This document shows positions 14,551 through 27,929 of a DNA stretch of 64,000 nt, piece after piece. This DNA comes from Eledone cirrhosa (Eukaryota): contig OZ024743.1 in NCBI GenBank assembly GCA_964016885.1, positions 45,322,001 through 45,386,000 of the forward strand. Reading direction: 5' to 3'. Each line of letters starts with the position of its first letter. Within the stretch, counting starts at the first letter, position 1. The position numbers and the translations under genes were made by a program. Below the pieces are notes generated by a model. That model ran no database searches, had not been told where the DNA came from, and saw only the letters and a list, made by a program, of their open reading frames with translations.

Positions 14551-17500
14551 TCTAGTCTATCACCCAAGTAGACCAACGGAACTTTATGAGATTCTAGTCT
14601 ATCACCCAAGTAGACCAACGGAACTTTATGAGATTCTAGTCTATCACCCAAGTAGACCAACAGAACTTTATGAGATTCTAGTCTATCACCCAAGTAGACC
14701 AACGGAACTTTATGAGATTCTAGTCTATCACCCAAGTAGGCTAACAGAACTTTATGAGATTCTAGTCTATCACCCAAGTAGACCAACAGAACTTTATGAG
14801 ATTCTAGTCTATCACCCAAGTAGACCAACGGAACTTTATGAGATTCTAGTCTATCACCCAAGTAGGCTAACGGAACTTTATGAGATTCTAGTCTATCACC
14901 CAAGTAGACCAACGGAACTTTATGAGATTCTAATCTATCACCCAAGTAGACCAACGGAACTTTATGAGATTCTAGTCTATCACCCAAGTAGACCAACGGA
15001 ACTTTATGAGATTCTAGTCTATCACCCAAGTAGACCAACGGAACTTTATGAGATTCTAGTCTATCACCCAAGTAGACCAACGGAACTATATGAAATTCTA
15101 ATCTATCACCCAAGTAGACCAACAGAACTTTATGAGATCCTAGTCTATCACCCAAGTAGACCAACGGAACTTTATGAGATTCTAGTCTATCACCCAAGTA
15201 GACCAACGGAACTTTATGAGATTCTACTCTATCACCCAAGTAGACCAACGGAACTTTATGAGATCCTAGTCTATCACCCAAGTAGACCAACGGAACTTTA
15301 TGAGATTCTAGTCTATGAACCCAAGTAGGCTAACGGAACTTTATGAGATTCTAGTCTATCACCCAAGTAGACCAACGGAACTTTATGAGATTCTAGTCTA
15401 TCACCCAAGTAGGCTAACGGAACTTTATGAGATTCTAGTCTATAACCCAAGTAGACCAACGGAACTTTATGAGATTCTAGTCTATGAACCCAAGTAGGCT
15501 AACGGAACTTTATGAGATTCTAGTCTATCACCCAAGTAGGCTAACGGAACTTTATGAGATTCTAGTCTATCACCCAAGTAGACCAACGGAACTTTATGAG
15601 ATTCTAGTCTATGAACCCAAGTAGGCTAACGGAACTTTATGAGATTCTAGTCTATCACCCAAGTAGACCAACGGAACTTTATGAGATTCTAGTCTATCAC
15701 CCAAGTAGGCTAACGGAACTTTATGAGATTCTAGTCTATGAACCCAAGTAGGCTAACGGAACTTTATGAGATTCTAGTCTATCACCCAAGTAGACCAACG
15801 GAACTTTATGAGATTCTAGTCTATCACCCAAGTAGACCAACAGAACTTTATGAGATCCTAGTCTATCACCCAAGTAGACCAACGGAACTTTATGAGATTC
15901 TAGTCTATGAACCCAAGTAGGCTAACGGAACTTTATGAGATTCTACTCTATCACCCAAGTAGACCAACGGAACTTTATGAGATTCTAGTCTGTCACCCAA
16001 AAAGGCTAACGGAACTTTATGAGATTCTAGTCTATCACCCAAGTAGACCAACGGAACTTTATGAGATTCTAGTCTGTCACCCAAGTAGACCAACGGAACT
16101 TTATGAGATTCTAGTCTATCACCCAAGTAGACCAACGGAACTTTATGAGATTCTAGTCTATCACCCAAGTAGACCAACGGAACTTTATGAGATTCTAGTC
16201 TATCACCCAAGTAGGCTAACGGAACTTTATGAGATTCTACTCTATCACCCAAGTAGACCAACGGAACTTTATGAGATTCTAGTCTGTCACCCAAGAAGGC
16301 TAACGGAACTTTATGAGATTCTAGTCTATCACCCAAGTAGACTAACGGAACTTTATGAGATTCTAGTCTGTCACCCAAGTAGACCAACGGAACTTTATGA
16401 GATTCTAGTCTGTCACCCAAGTAGGCTAACGGAACTTTATGAGATTCTAGTCTATCACCCAAGTAGACCAACGGAACTTTATGAGATTCTAGTCTATCAC
16501 CCAAGTAGACCAACGGAACTTTATGAGATTCTAGTCTGTCACCCAAGTAGGCTAACGGAACTTTATGAGATTCTAGTCTATCACCCAAGTAGACCAACGG
16601 AACTTTATGAGATTCTAGTCTATCACCCAAGTAGACCAACGGAACTTTATGAGGTTCTAGTCTATCACCCAAGTAGACCAACGGAACTTTATGAGATTCT
16701 AGTCTATCACCCAAGTAGACCAACGGAACTTTATGAGATTCTAGTCTATCACCCAAGTAGGCTAACGGAACTTTATGAGATTCTAGTCTATCACCCAAGT
16801 AGACCAACGGAACTTTATGAGATTCTAGTCTATGAACCCAAGTAGGCTAACGGAACTTTATGAGATTCTAGTCTATCACCCAAGTAGACCAACGGAACTT
16901 TATGAGATTCTAGTCTATCACCCAAGTAGGCCAACGGAACTTTATGAGATTCTAGTCTATCACCCAAGTAGACCAACGGAACTTTATGAGATTCTAGTCT
17001 GTCACCCAAGAAGGCTAACGGAACTTTATGAGATTCTAGTCTATCACCCAAGTAGACCAACGGAACTTTATGAGATTCTAGTCTATCACCCAAGTAGACC
17101 AACGGAACTTTATGAGATTCTAGTCTATCACCCAAGTAGACCAACGGAACTTTATGAGATTCTAGTCTATCACCCAAGTAGGCTAACGGAACTTTATGAG
17201 ATTCTAGTCTATCACCCAAGTAGACCAACGGAACTTTATGAGATTCTAGTCTATCACCCAAGTAGACCAACGGAACTTTATGAGATTCTAGTCTATCACC
17301 CAAGTAGACCAACGGAACATTATGAGATTCTAGTCTATCACCCAAGTAGACCAACGGAACATTATGAGATTCTAGTCTATCACCCAAGTAGGCTAACGGA
17401 ACTTTATGAGATTCTAGTCTATCACCCAAGTAGACCAACGGAACATTATGAGATTCTAGTCTATCACCCAAGTAGGCTAACGGAACTTTATGAGATTCTA

Positions 17501-20500
17501 GTCTATCACCCAAGTAGACCAACGGAACTTTATGAGATTCTAGTCTATCACCCAAGTAGGCTAACAGAACGTTATGAGATTCTAGTCTATCACCCAGGTA
17601 GGCTAACAGAACTTTATGAGATTCTAGTCTATCACCCAAGTAGGCTAACAGAACGTTATGAGATTCTAGTCTATCACCCAAGTAGGCTAACAGAACGTTA
17701 TGAGATTCTAGTCTATCACCCAAGTAGGCTAACAGAACTTTATGAGATTCTAGTCTATCACCCAAGTAGGCTAACAGAACGTTATGAGATTCTAGTCTAT
17801 CACCCAAGTAGGCTAACAGAACTTTATGAGATTCTAGTCTATCACCCAAGTAGACCAACAGAACATTATGAGATGCTAGTCTATCACCCAAGTAGGCTAA
17901 CAGAACGTTATGAGATTCTAGTCTATCACCCAAGTAGGCTAACAGAACTTTATGAGATTCTAGTCTATCACCCAAGTAGGCTAACAGAACTTTATGAGAT
18001 TCTAGTCTATCACCCAAGTACGCTAACAGAACTTTATGAGATTCTAGTCTATCACCCAAGTAGGCTAACGGAACTTTATGAGATTCTAGTCTATCACCCA
18101 AGTAGGCTAACAGAACTTTATGAGATTCTAGTCCATCACCCAAGTAGACCAACGGAACTTTATGAGATTCTAGTCTATCACCCAAGTAGGCTAACAGAAC
18201 TTTATGAGATTCTAGTCTATCACCCAAGTAGACCAACGGAACTTTATGAGATTCTAGTCTATCACCCAAGTAGACCAACGGAACTTTATGAGATTCTAGT
18301 CTATCACCCAAGTAGACCAACGGAACTTTATGAGATTCTAGTCTATCACCCAAGTAGACCAACGGAACTTTATGAGATTCTAGTCTATCACCCAAGTAGA
18401 CCAACGGAACTATATGAGATTCTAGTCTATCACCCAAGTAGACCAACAGAACTTTATGAGATCCTAGTCTATCACCCAAGTAGACCAACGGAACTTTATG
18501 AGATTCTAGTCTATGAACCCAAGTAGGCTAACGGAACTTTATGAGATTCTAGTCTATCACCCAAGTAGACCAACGGAACTTTATGAGATTCTAGTCTATC
18601 ACCCAAGTAGGCTAACGGAACTTTATGAGATTCTAGTCTATCACCCAAGTAGACCAACGGAACTTTATGAGATTCTAGTCTATGAACCCAAGTAGGCTAA
18701 CGGAACTTTATGAGATTCTAGTCTATCACCCAAGTAGGCTAACGGAACTTTATGAGATTCTAGTCTATCACCCAAGTAGACCAACGGAACTTTATGAGAT
18801 TCTAGTCTATGAACCCAAGTAGGCTAACGGAACTTTATGAGATTCTAGTCTATCACCCAAGTAGACCAACGGAACTTTATGAGATTCTAGTCTATCACCC
18901 AAGTAGGCTAACGGAACTTTATGAGATTCTAGTCTATGAACCCAAGTAGGCTAACGGAACTTTATGAGATTCTAGTCTATCACCCAAGTAGACCAACGGA
19001 ACTTTATGAGATTCTAGTCTATCACCCAAGTAGACCAACAGAACTTTATGAGATCCTAGTCTATCACCCAAGTAGACCAACGGAACTTTATGAGATTCTA
19101 GTCTATGAACCCAAGTAGGCTAACGGAACTTTATGAGATTCTAGTCTATCACCCAAGTAGACCAACGGAACTTTATGAGATTCTAGTCTATCACCCAAGT
19201 AGGCTAACGGAACTTTATGAGATTCTAGTCTATGAACCCAAGTAGGCTAACGGAACTTTATGAGATTCTAGTCTATCACCCAAGTAGACCAACGGAACTT
19301 TATGAGATTCTAGTCTATCACCCAAGTAGACCAACGGAACTTTATGAGATTCTAGTCTATCACCCAAGTAGGCTAACGGAACTTTATGAGATTCTACTCT
19401 ATCACCCAAGTAGACCAACGGAACTTTATGAGATTCTAGTCTGTCACCCAAGAAGGCTAACGGAACTTTATGAGATTCTAGTCTATCACCCAAGTAGACC
19501 AACGGAACTTTATGAGATTCTAGTCTGTCACCCAAGTAGAGCAACGGAACTTTATGAGATTCTAGTCTATCACCCAAGTAGACCAACGGAACTTTATGAG
19601 ATTCTAGTCTATCACCCAAGTAGACCAACGGAACTTTATGAGATTCTAGTCTATCACCCAAGTAGACCAACGGAACTTTATGAGATTCTAGTCTATCACC
19701 CAAGTAGACCAACGGAACTTTATGAGATTCTAGTCTATCACCCAAGTAGACCAACGGAACTTTATGAGATTCTAGTCTATCACCCAAGTAGACCAACGGA
19801 ACTTTATGAGATTCTAGTCTATCACCCAAGTAGACCAACGGAACTTTATGAGATTCTAGACTGTCACCCAAGTAGGCTAACGGAACTTTATGAGATTCTA
19901 GTCTATCACCCAAGTAGACCAACGGAACTTTATGAGATTATAGTCTATCACCCAAGTAGACCAACGGAGCTTTATGAGATTCTAGTCTATCACCCAAGTA
20001 GACCAACGGAACTTTATGAGATTCTAGTCTATCACCCAAGTAGACCAACGGAACTTTATGAGATTCTAGTCTATCACCCAAGTAGGCTAACGGAACTTTA
20101 TGAGATTCTAGTCTATCACCCAAGTAGACCAACGGAACTTTATGAGATTCTAGTCTATCACCCAAATAGGCCAACGGAACTTTATGAGATTCTAGTCTAT
20201 CACCCAAGTAGACCAACGGAACTTTATGAGATTCTAGTCTATCACCCAAGTAGGCTAACGGAACTTTATGAGATTCTAGTCTATGAACCCAAGTAGGCTA
20301 ACGGAACTTTATGAGATTCTAGTCTATCACCCAAGTAGACCAACGGAACTTTATGAGATTCTAGTCTATCACCCAAGTAGGCTAACGGAACTTTATGAGA
20401 TTCTAGTCTATGAACCCAAGTAGGCTAACGGAACTTTATGAGATTCTAGTCTATCACCCAAGTAGACCAACGGAACTTTATGAGATTCTAGTCTATCACC

Positions 20501-20621
20501 CAAGTAGACCAACGGAACTTTATGAGATTCTAGTCTATCACCCAAGTAGGCTAACGGAACTTTATGAGATTCTACTCTATCACCCAAGTAGACCAACGGA
20601 ACTTTATGAGATTCTAGTCTG

Positions 20622-23600
20622 TCACCCAAGAAGGCTAACGGAACTTTATGAGATTCTAGTCTATCACCCAAGTAGACCAACGGAACTTTATGAGATTCTA
20701 GTCTGTCACCCAAGTAGAGCAACGGAACTTTATGAGATTCTAGTCTATCACCCAAGTAGACCAACGGAACTTTATGAGATTCTAGTCTATCACCCAAGTA
20801 GACCAACGGAACTTTATGAGATTCTAGTCTATCACCCAAGTAGACCAACGGAACTTTATGAGATTCTAGTCTATCACCCAAGTAGACCAACGGATCTTTT
20901 TGAGATTCTAGTCTATCACCCAAGTAGACCAACGGAACTTTATGAGATTCTAGTCTATCACCCAAGTAGACCAACGGAACTTTATGAGATTCTAGTCTGT
21001 CACCCAAGTAGAGCAACGGAACTTTATGAGATTCTAGTCTATCACCCAAGTAGACCAACGGAACTTTATGAGATTCTAGTCTATCACCCAAGTAGACCAA
21101 CGGAACTTTATGAGATTCTAGTCTATCACCCAAGTAGACCAACGGAACTTTATGAGATTCTAGTCTATCACCCAAGTAGACCAACGGATCTTTATGAGAT
21201 TCTAGTCTATCACCCAAGTAGACCAACGGAACTTTATGAGATTCTAGTCTATCACCCAAGTAGACCAACGGAACTTTATGAGATTCTAGTCTATCACCCA
21301 AGTAGACCAACGGAACTTTATGAGATTCTAGTCTGTCACCCAAGTAGGCTAACGGAACTTTATGAGATTCTAGTCTATCACCCAAGTAGACCAACGGAAC
21401 TTTATGAGATTCTAGTCTATCACCCAAGTAGACCAACGGAGCTTTATGAGATTCTAGTCTATCACCCAAGTAGACCAACGGAACTTTATGAGATTCTAGT
21501 CTATCACCCAAGTAGACCAACGGAACTTTGAGATTCTAGTCTATCACCCAAGTAGGCTAACGGAACTTTATGAGATTCTAGTCTATCACCCAAGTAGACC
21601 AACGGAACTTTATGAGATTCTAGTCTATCACCCAAATAGGCCAACGGAACTTTATGAGATTCTAGTCTATCACCCAATTAGGCTAACGGAACTTTATGAG
21701 ATTCTAGTCTATCACACAAGTAGACCAACGGAACTTTATGAGATTCTAGTCTATCACCCAAGTAGACCAACGGAACTTTATGAGATTCTAGTCTGTCACC
21801 CAAGTAGGCTAACGGAACTTTATGAGATTCTAGTCTATCACCCAAGTAGACCAACGGAACTTTATGAGATTCTAGTCTATCACCCAAGTAGACCAACGGA
21901 GCTTTATGAGATTCTAGTCTATCACCCAAGTAGACCAACGGAACTTTATGAGATTCTAGTCTATCACCCAAGTAGACCAACGGAACTTTATGAGATTCTA
22001 GTCTATCACCCAAGTAGGCTAACGGAACTTTATGAGATTCTAGTCTATCACCCATGTAGACCAACGGAACTTTATGAGATTCTAGTCTATCACCCAAGTA
22101 GGCCAACGGAACTTTATGAGATTCTAGTCTATCACCCAAGTAGGCTAACGGAACTTTATGAGATTCTAGTCTGTCACCCAAGAAGGCTAACGGAACTTTA
22201 TGAGATTCTAGTCTATCACCCAAGTAGACCAACGGAACTTTACGAGATTCTAGTCTATCACCCAAGTAGGCTAACGGAACTTTATGAGATTCTAGTCTAT
22301 CACACAAGTAGACCAACGGAACTTTATGAGATTCTAGTCTATCACCCAAGTAGGCTAACGGAACTTTATGAGATTCTAGTCTATCACCCAAGTAGACCAA
22401 CGGAACTTTATGAGATTCTAGTCTATCACCCAAGAAGGCTAACGGAACTTTATGAGATTCTAGTCTATCACACAAGTAGACCAACGGAACTTTATGAGAT
22501 TCTAGTCTATCACCCAAGTAGGCTAACGGAACTTTATGAGATTCTAGTCTATCACCCAAGTAGACCAACGGAACTTTATGAGATTCTAGTCTGTCACCCA
22601 AGAAGGCTAACGGAACTTTATGAGATTCTAGTCTATCACCCAAGTAGACCAACGGAACTTTATGAGATTCTAGTCTATGAACCCAAGTAGGCTAACGGAA
22701 CTTTATGAGATTCTAGTCTATCACCCAAGTAGACCAACGGAACTTTATGAGATTCTAGTCTATCACCCAAGTAGGCTAACGGAACTTTATGAGATTCTAG
22801 TCTATCACCCAAGTAGACCAACGGAACTTTATGAGATTCTAGTCTATCACCCAAGTAGACCAACGGAACTTTATGAGATTCTAGTCTATCACCCAAGTAG
22901 GCTAACGGAACTTTATGAGATTCTAGTCTATCACCCAAGTAGACCAACGGAACTTTATGAGATTCTAGTCTGTCACCCAAGAAGGCTAACAGAACGTTAT
23001 GAGATTCTAGTCTATCACCCAAGTAGACCAACGGAACTTTATGAGATTCTAGTCTATCACCCAAGTAGGCTAACGGAACTTTATGAGATTCTAGTCTATC
23101 ACCCAAGTAGACCAACGGAACTTTATGAGATTCTAGTCTATCACCCAAGTAGACCAACGGAAGTTTATGAGATTCTAGTCTATCACCCAAGTAGACCAAC
23201 GGAACTTTATGAGATTCTAGTCTATCACCCAAGTAGGCTAACGGAACTTTATGAGATTCTAGTCTATCACCCAAGTAGACCAACGGAACTTTATGAGATT
23301 CTAGTCTATCACCCAAGTAGACCAACGGAACTTTATGAGATTCTAGTCTATCACCCAAGTAGACCAACGGAACTTTATGAGATTCTAGTCTATCACCCAA
23401 GTAGGCTAACGGAACTTTATGAGATTCTAGTCTATCACCCAAGTAGACCAACGGAACTTTATGAGATTCTAGTCTATCACCCAAGTAGACCAACGGAACT
23501 TTATGAGATTCTAGTCTATCACCCAAGTAGGCTAACGGAACTTTATGAGATTCTAGTCTATCACCCAAGTAGACCAACGGAACTTTATGAGATTCTAGTC

Positions 23601-26600
23601 TATCACCCAAGTAGACCAACGGAACTTTATGAGATTCTAGTCTATCACACAAGTAGGCTAACAGAACTTTATGAGATTCTAGTCTATCACCCAAGTAGAC
23701 CAACGGAACATTATGAGATTCTAGTCTATCACCCAAGTAGACCAACGGAACATTATGAGATTCTAGTCTATCACCCAAGTAGGCTAACGGAACTTTATGA
23801 GATTCTAGTCTATCACCCAAGTAGACCAACGGAACATTATGAGATTCTAGTCTATCACCCAAGTAGGCTAACAGAACTTTATGAGATTCTAGTCTATCAC
23901 CCAAGTAGACCAACGGAACTTTATGAGATTCTAGTCTATCACCCAAGAAGGCTAACGGAACTTTATGAGATTCTAGTCTATCACCCAAGTAGACCAACGG
24001 AACTTTATGAGATTCTAGTCTGTCACCCAAGTAGAGCAACGGAACTTTATGAGATTCTAGTCTATCACCCAAGTAGACCAACGGAACTTTATGAGATTCT
24101 AGTCTATCACCCAAGTAGACCAACGGAACTTTATGAGATTCTAGTCTATCACCCAAGTAGACCAACGGAACTTTATGAGATTCTAGTCTATCACCCAAGT
24201 AGACCAACGGATCTTTTTGAGATTCTAGTCTATCACCCAAGTAGACCAACGGAACTTTATGAGATTCTAGTCTATCACCCAAGTAGACCAACGGAACTTT
24301 ATGAGATTCTAGTCTGTCACCCAAGTAGAGCAACGGAACTTTATGAGATTCTAGTCTATCACCCAAGTAGACCAACGGAACTTTATGAGATTCTAGTCTA
24401 TCACCCAAGTAGACCAACGGAACTTTATGAGATTCTAGTCTATCACCCAAGTAGACCAACGGAACTTTATGAGATTCTAGTCTATCACCCAAGTAGACCA
24501 ACGGATCTTTATGAGATTCTAGTCTATCACCCAAGTAGACCAACGGAACTTTATGAGATTCTAGTCTATCACCCAAGTAGACCAACGGAACTTTATGAGA
24601 TTCTAGTCTATCACCCAAGTAGACCAACGGAACTTTATGAGATTCTAGTCTGTCACCCAAGTAGGCTAACGGAACTTTATGAGATTCTAGTCTATCACCC
24701 AAGTAGACCAACGGAACTTTATGAGATTCTAGTCTATCACCCAAGTAGACCAACGGAGCTTTATGAGATTCTAGTCTATCACCCAAGTAGACCAACGGAA
24801 CTTTATGAGATTCTAGTCTATCACCCAAGTAGACCAACGGAACTTTGAGATTCTAGTCTATCACCCAAGTAGGCTAACGGAACTTTATGAGATTCTAGTC
24901 TATCACCCAAGTAGACCAACGGAACTTTATGAGATTCTAGTCTATCACCCAAATAGGCCAACGGAACTTTATGAGATTCTAGTCTATCACCCAATTAGGC
25001 TAACGGAACTTTATGAGATTCTAGTCTATCACACAAGTAGACCAACGGAACTTTATGAGATTCTAGTCTATCACCCAAGTAGACCAACGGAACTTTATGA
25101 GATTCTAGTCTGTCACCCAAGTAGGCTAACGGAACTTTATGAGATTCTAGTCTATCACCCAAGTAGACCAACGGAACTTTATGAGATTCTAGTCTATCAC
25201 CCAAGTAGACCAACGGAGCTTTATGAGATTCTAGTCTATCACCCAAGTAGACCAACGGAACTTTATGAGATTCTAGTCTATCACCCAAGTAGACCAACGG
25301 AACTTTATGAGATTCTAGTCTATCACCCAAGTAGGCTAACGGAACTTTATGAGATTCTAGTCTATCACCCATGTAGACCAACGGAACTTTATGAGATTCT
25401 AGTCTATCACCCAAGTAGGCCAACGGAACTTTATGAGATTCTAGTCTATCACCCAAGTAGGCTAACGGAACTTTATGAGATTCTAGTCTGTCACCCAAGA
25501 AGGCTAACGGAACTTTATGAGATTCTAGTCTATCACCCAAGTAGACCAACGGAACTTTACGAGATTCTAGTCTATCACCCAAGTAGGCTAACGGAACTTT
25601 ATGAGATTCTAGTCTATCACACAAGTAGACCAACGGAACTTTATGAGATTCTAGTCTATCACCCAAGTAGGCTAACGGAACTTTATGAGATTCTAGTCTA
25701 TCACCCAAGTAGACCAACGGAACTTTATGAGATTCTAGTCTATCACCCAAGAAGGCTAACGGAACTTTATGAGATTCTAGTCTATCACACAAGTAGACCA
25801 ACGGAACTTTATGAGATTCTAGTCTATCACCCAAGTAGGCTAACGGAACTTTATGAGATTCTAGTCTATCACCCAAGTAGACCAACGGAACTTTATGAGA
25901 TTCTAGTCTGTCACCCAAGAAGGCTAACGGAACTTTATGAGATTCTAGTCTATCACCCAAGTAGACCAACGGAACTTTATGAGATTCTAGTCTATGAACC
26001 CAAGTAGGCTAACGGAACTTTATGAGATTCTAGTCTATCACCCAAGTAGACCAACGGAACTTTATGAGATTCTAGTCTATCACCCAAGTAGGCTAACGGA
26101 ACTTTATGAGATTCTAGTCTATCACCCAAGTAGACCAACGGAACTTTATGAGATTCTAGTCTATCACCCAAGTAGACCAACGGAACTTTATGAGATTCTA
26201 GTCTATCACCCAAGTAGGCTAACGGAACTTTATGAGATTCTAGTCTATCACCCAAGTAGACCAACGGAACTTTATGAGATTCTAGTCTGTCACCCAAGAA
26301 GGCTAACAGAACGTTATGAGATTCTAGTCTATCACCCAAGTAGACCAACGGAACTTTATGAGATTCTAGTCTATCACCCAAGTAGGCTAACGGAACTTTA
26401 TGAGATTCTAGTCTATCACCCAAGTAGACCAACGGAACTTTATGAGATTCTAGTCTATCACCCAAGTAGACCAACGGAAGTTTATGAGATTCTAGTCTAT
26501 CACCCAAGTAGACCAACGGAACTTTATGAGATTCTAGTCTATCACCCAAGTAGGCTAACGGAACTTTATGAGATTCTAGTCTATCACCCAAGTAGACCAA

Positions 26601-27255
26601 CGGAACTTTATGAGATTCTAGTCTATCACCCAAGTAGACCAACGGAACTTTATGAGATTCTAGTCTATCACCCAAGTAGACCAACGGAACTTTATGAGAT
26701 TCTAGTCTATCACCCAAGTAGGCTAACGGAACTTTATGAGATTCTAGTCTATCACCCAAGTAGACCAACGGAACTTTATGAGATTCTAGTCTATCACCCA
26801 AGTAGACCAACGGAACTTTATGAGATTCTAGTCTATCACCCAAGTAGGCTAACGGAACTTTATGAGATTCTAGTCTATCACCCAAGTAGACCAACGGAAC
26901 TTTATGAGATTCTAGTCTATCACCCAAGTAGACCAACGGAACTTTATGAGATTCTAGTCTATCACACAAGTAGGCTAACAGAACTTTATGAGATTCTAGT
27001 CTATCACCCAAGTAGACCAACGGAACATTATGAGATTCTAGTCTATCACCCAAGTAGACCAACGGAACATTATGAGATTCTAGTCTATCACCCAAGTAGG
27101 CTAACGGAACTTTATGAGATTCTAGTCTATCACCCAAGTAGACCAACGGAACATTATGAGATTCTAGTCTATCACCCAAGTAGGCTAACAGAACTTTATG
27201 AGATTCTAGTCTATCACCCAAGTAGACCAACGGAACTTTATGAGATTCTAGTCTA
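20622..27255. repeat. Higher-order tandem duplication, period 3317 bp (79 monomers, two copies)
   Basis: The 40-bp monomer (ggaactttgaga) at ~21529 and ~24846, the ggatcttttt, cccatgt, tttacga and caattagg variants, and the 43-bp markers at 22677/25994 are all offset by 3317 = 79x42 + 1 - 2. Confidence 0.92.
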
Positions 27256-27929
27256 TCACCCAAGTAGGCTAACAGAACTTTATGAGATTCTAGTCTATCA
27301 CCCAAGTAGACCAACGGAACATTATGAGATTCTAGTCTATCACCCAAGTAGGCTAACGGAACTTTATGAGATTCTAGTCTATCACCCAAGTAGACCAACG
27401 GAACATTATGAGATTCTAGTCTATCACCCAAGTAGACCAACGGAACTTTATGAGATTCTAGTCTATCACCCAAGTAGACCAACGGAACTTTATGAGATTC
27501 TAGTCTATCACCCAAGTAGGCTAACAGAACGTTATGAGATTCTAGTCTATCACCCAAGTAGGCTAACAGAACGTTATGAGATTCTAGTCTATCACCCAAG
27601 TAGGCTAACAGAACTTTATGAGATTCTAGTCTATCACCCAAGTAGGCTAACAGAACTTTATGAGATTCTAGTCTATCACCCAAGTAGGCTAACAGAACTT
27701 TATGAGATTCTAGTCTATCACCCAAGTAGGCTAACAGAACGTTATGAGATTCTAGTCTATCACCCAAGTAGGCTAACAGAACTTTATGAGATTCTAGTCT
27801 ATCACCCAAGTAGACCAACAGAACATTATGAGATTCTAGTCTATCACCCAAGTAGGCTAACAGAACGTTATGAGATTCTAGTCTATCACCCAAGTAGGCT
27901 AACAGAACTTTATGAGATTCTAGTCTATC

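Noticed and set aside
22047-22057. ATCACCCATGT matches the 3' half of the MS2 operator hairpin; a synthetic MS2 array was considered
   Set aside because: The 5' half (ACATGAGG directly upstream) is absent, the match arises only in a rare variant, and the array has natural variation and genomic flanks.
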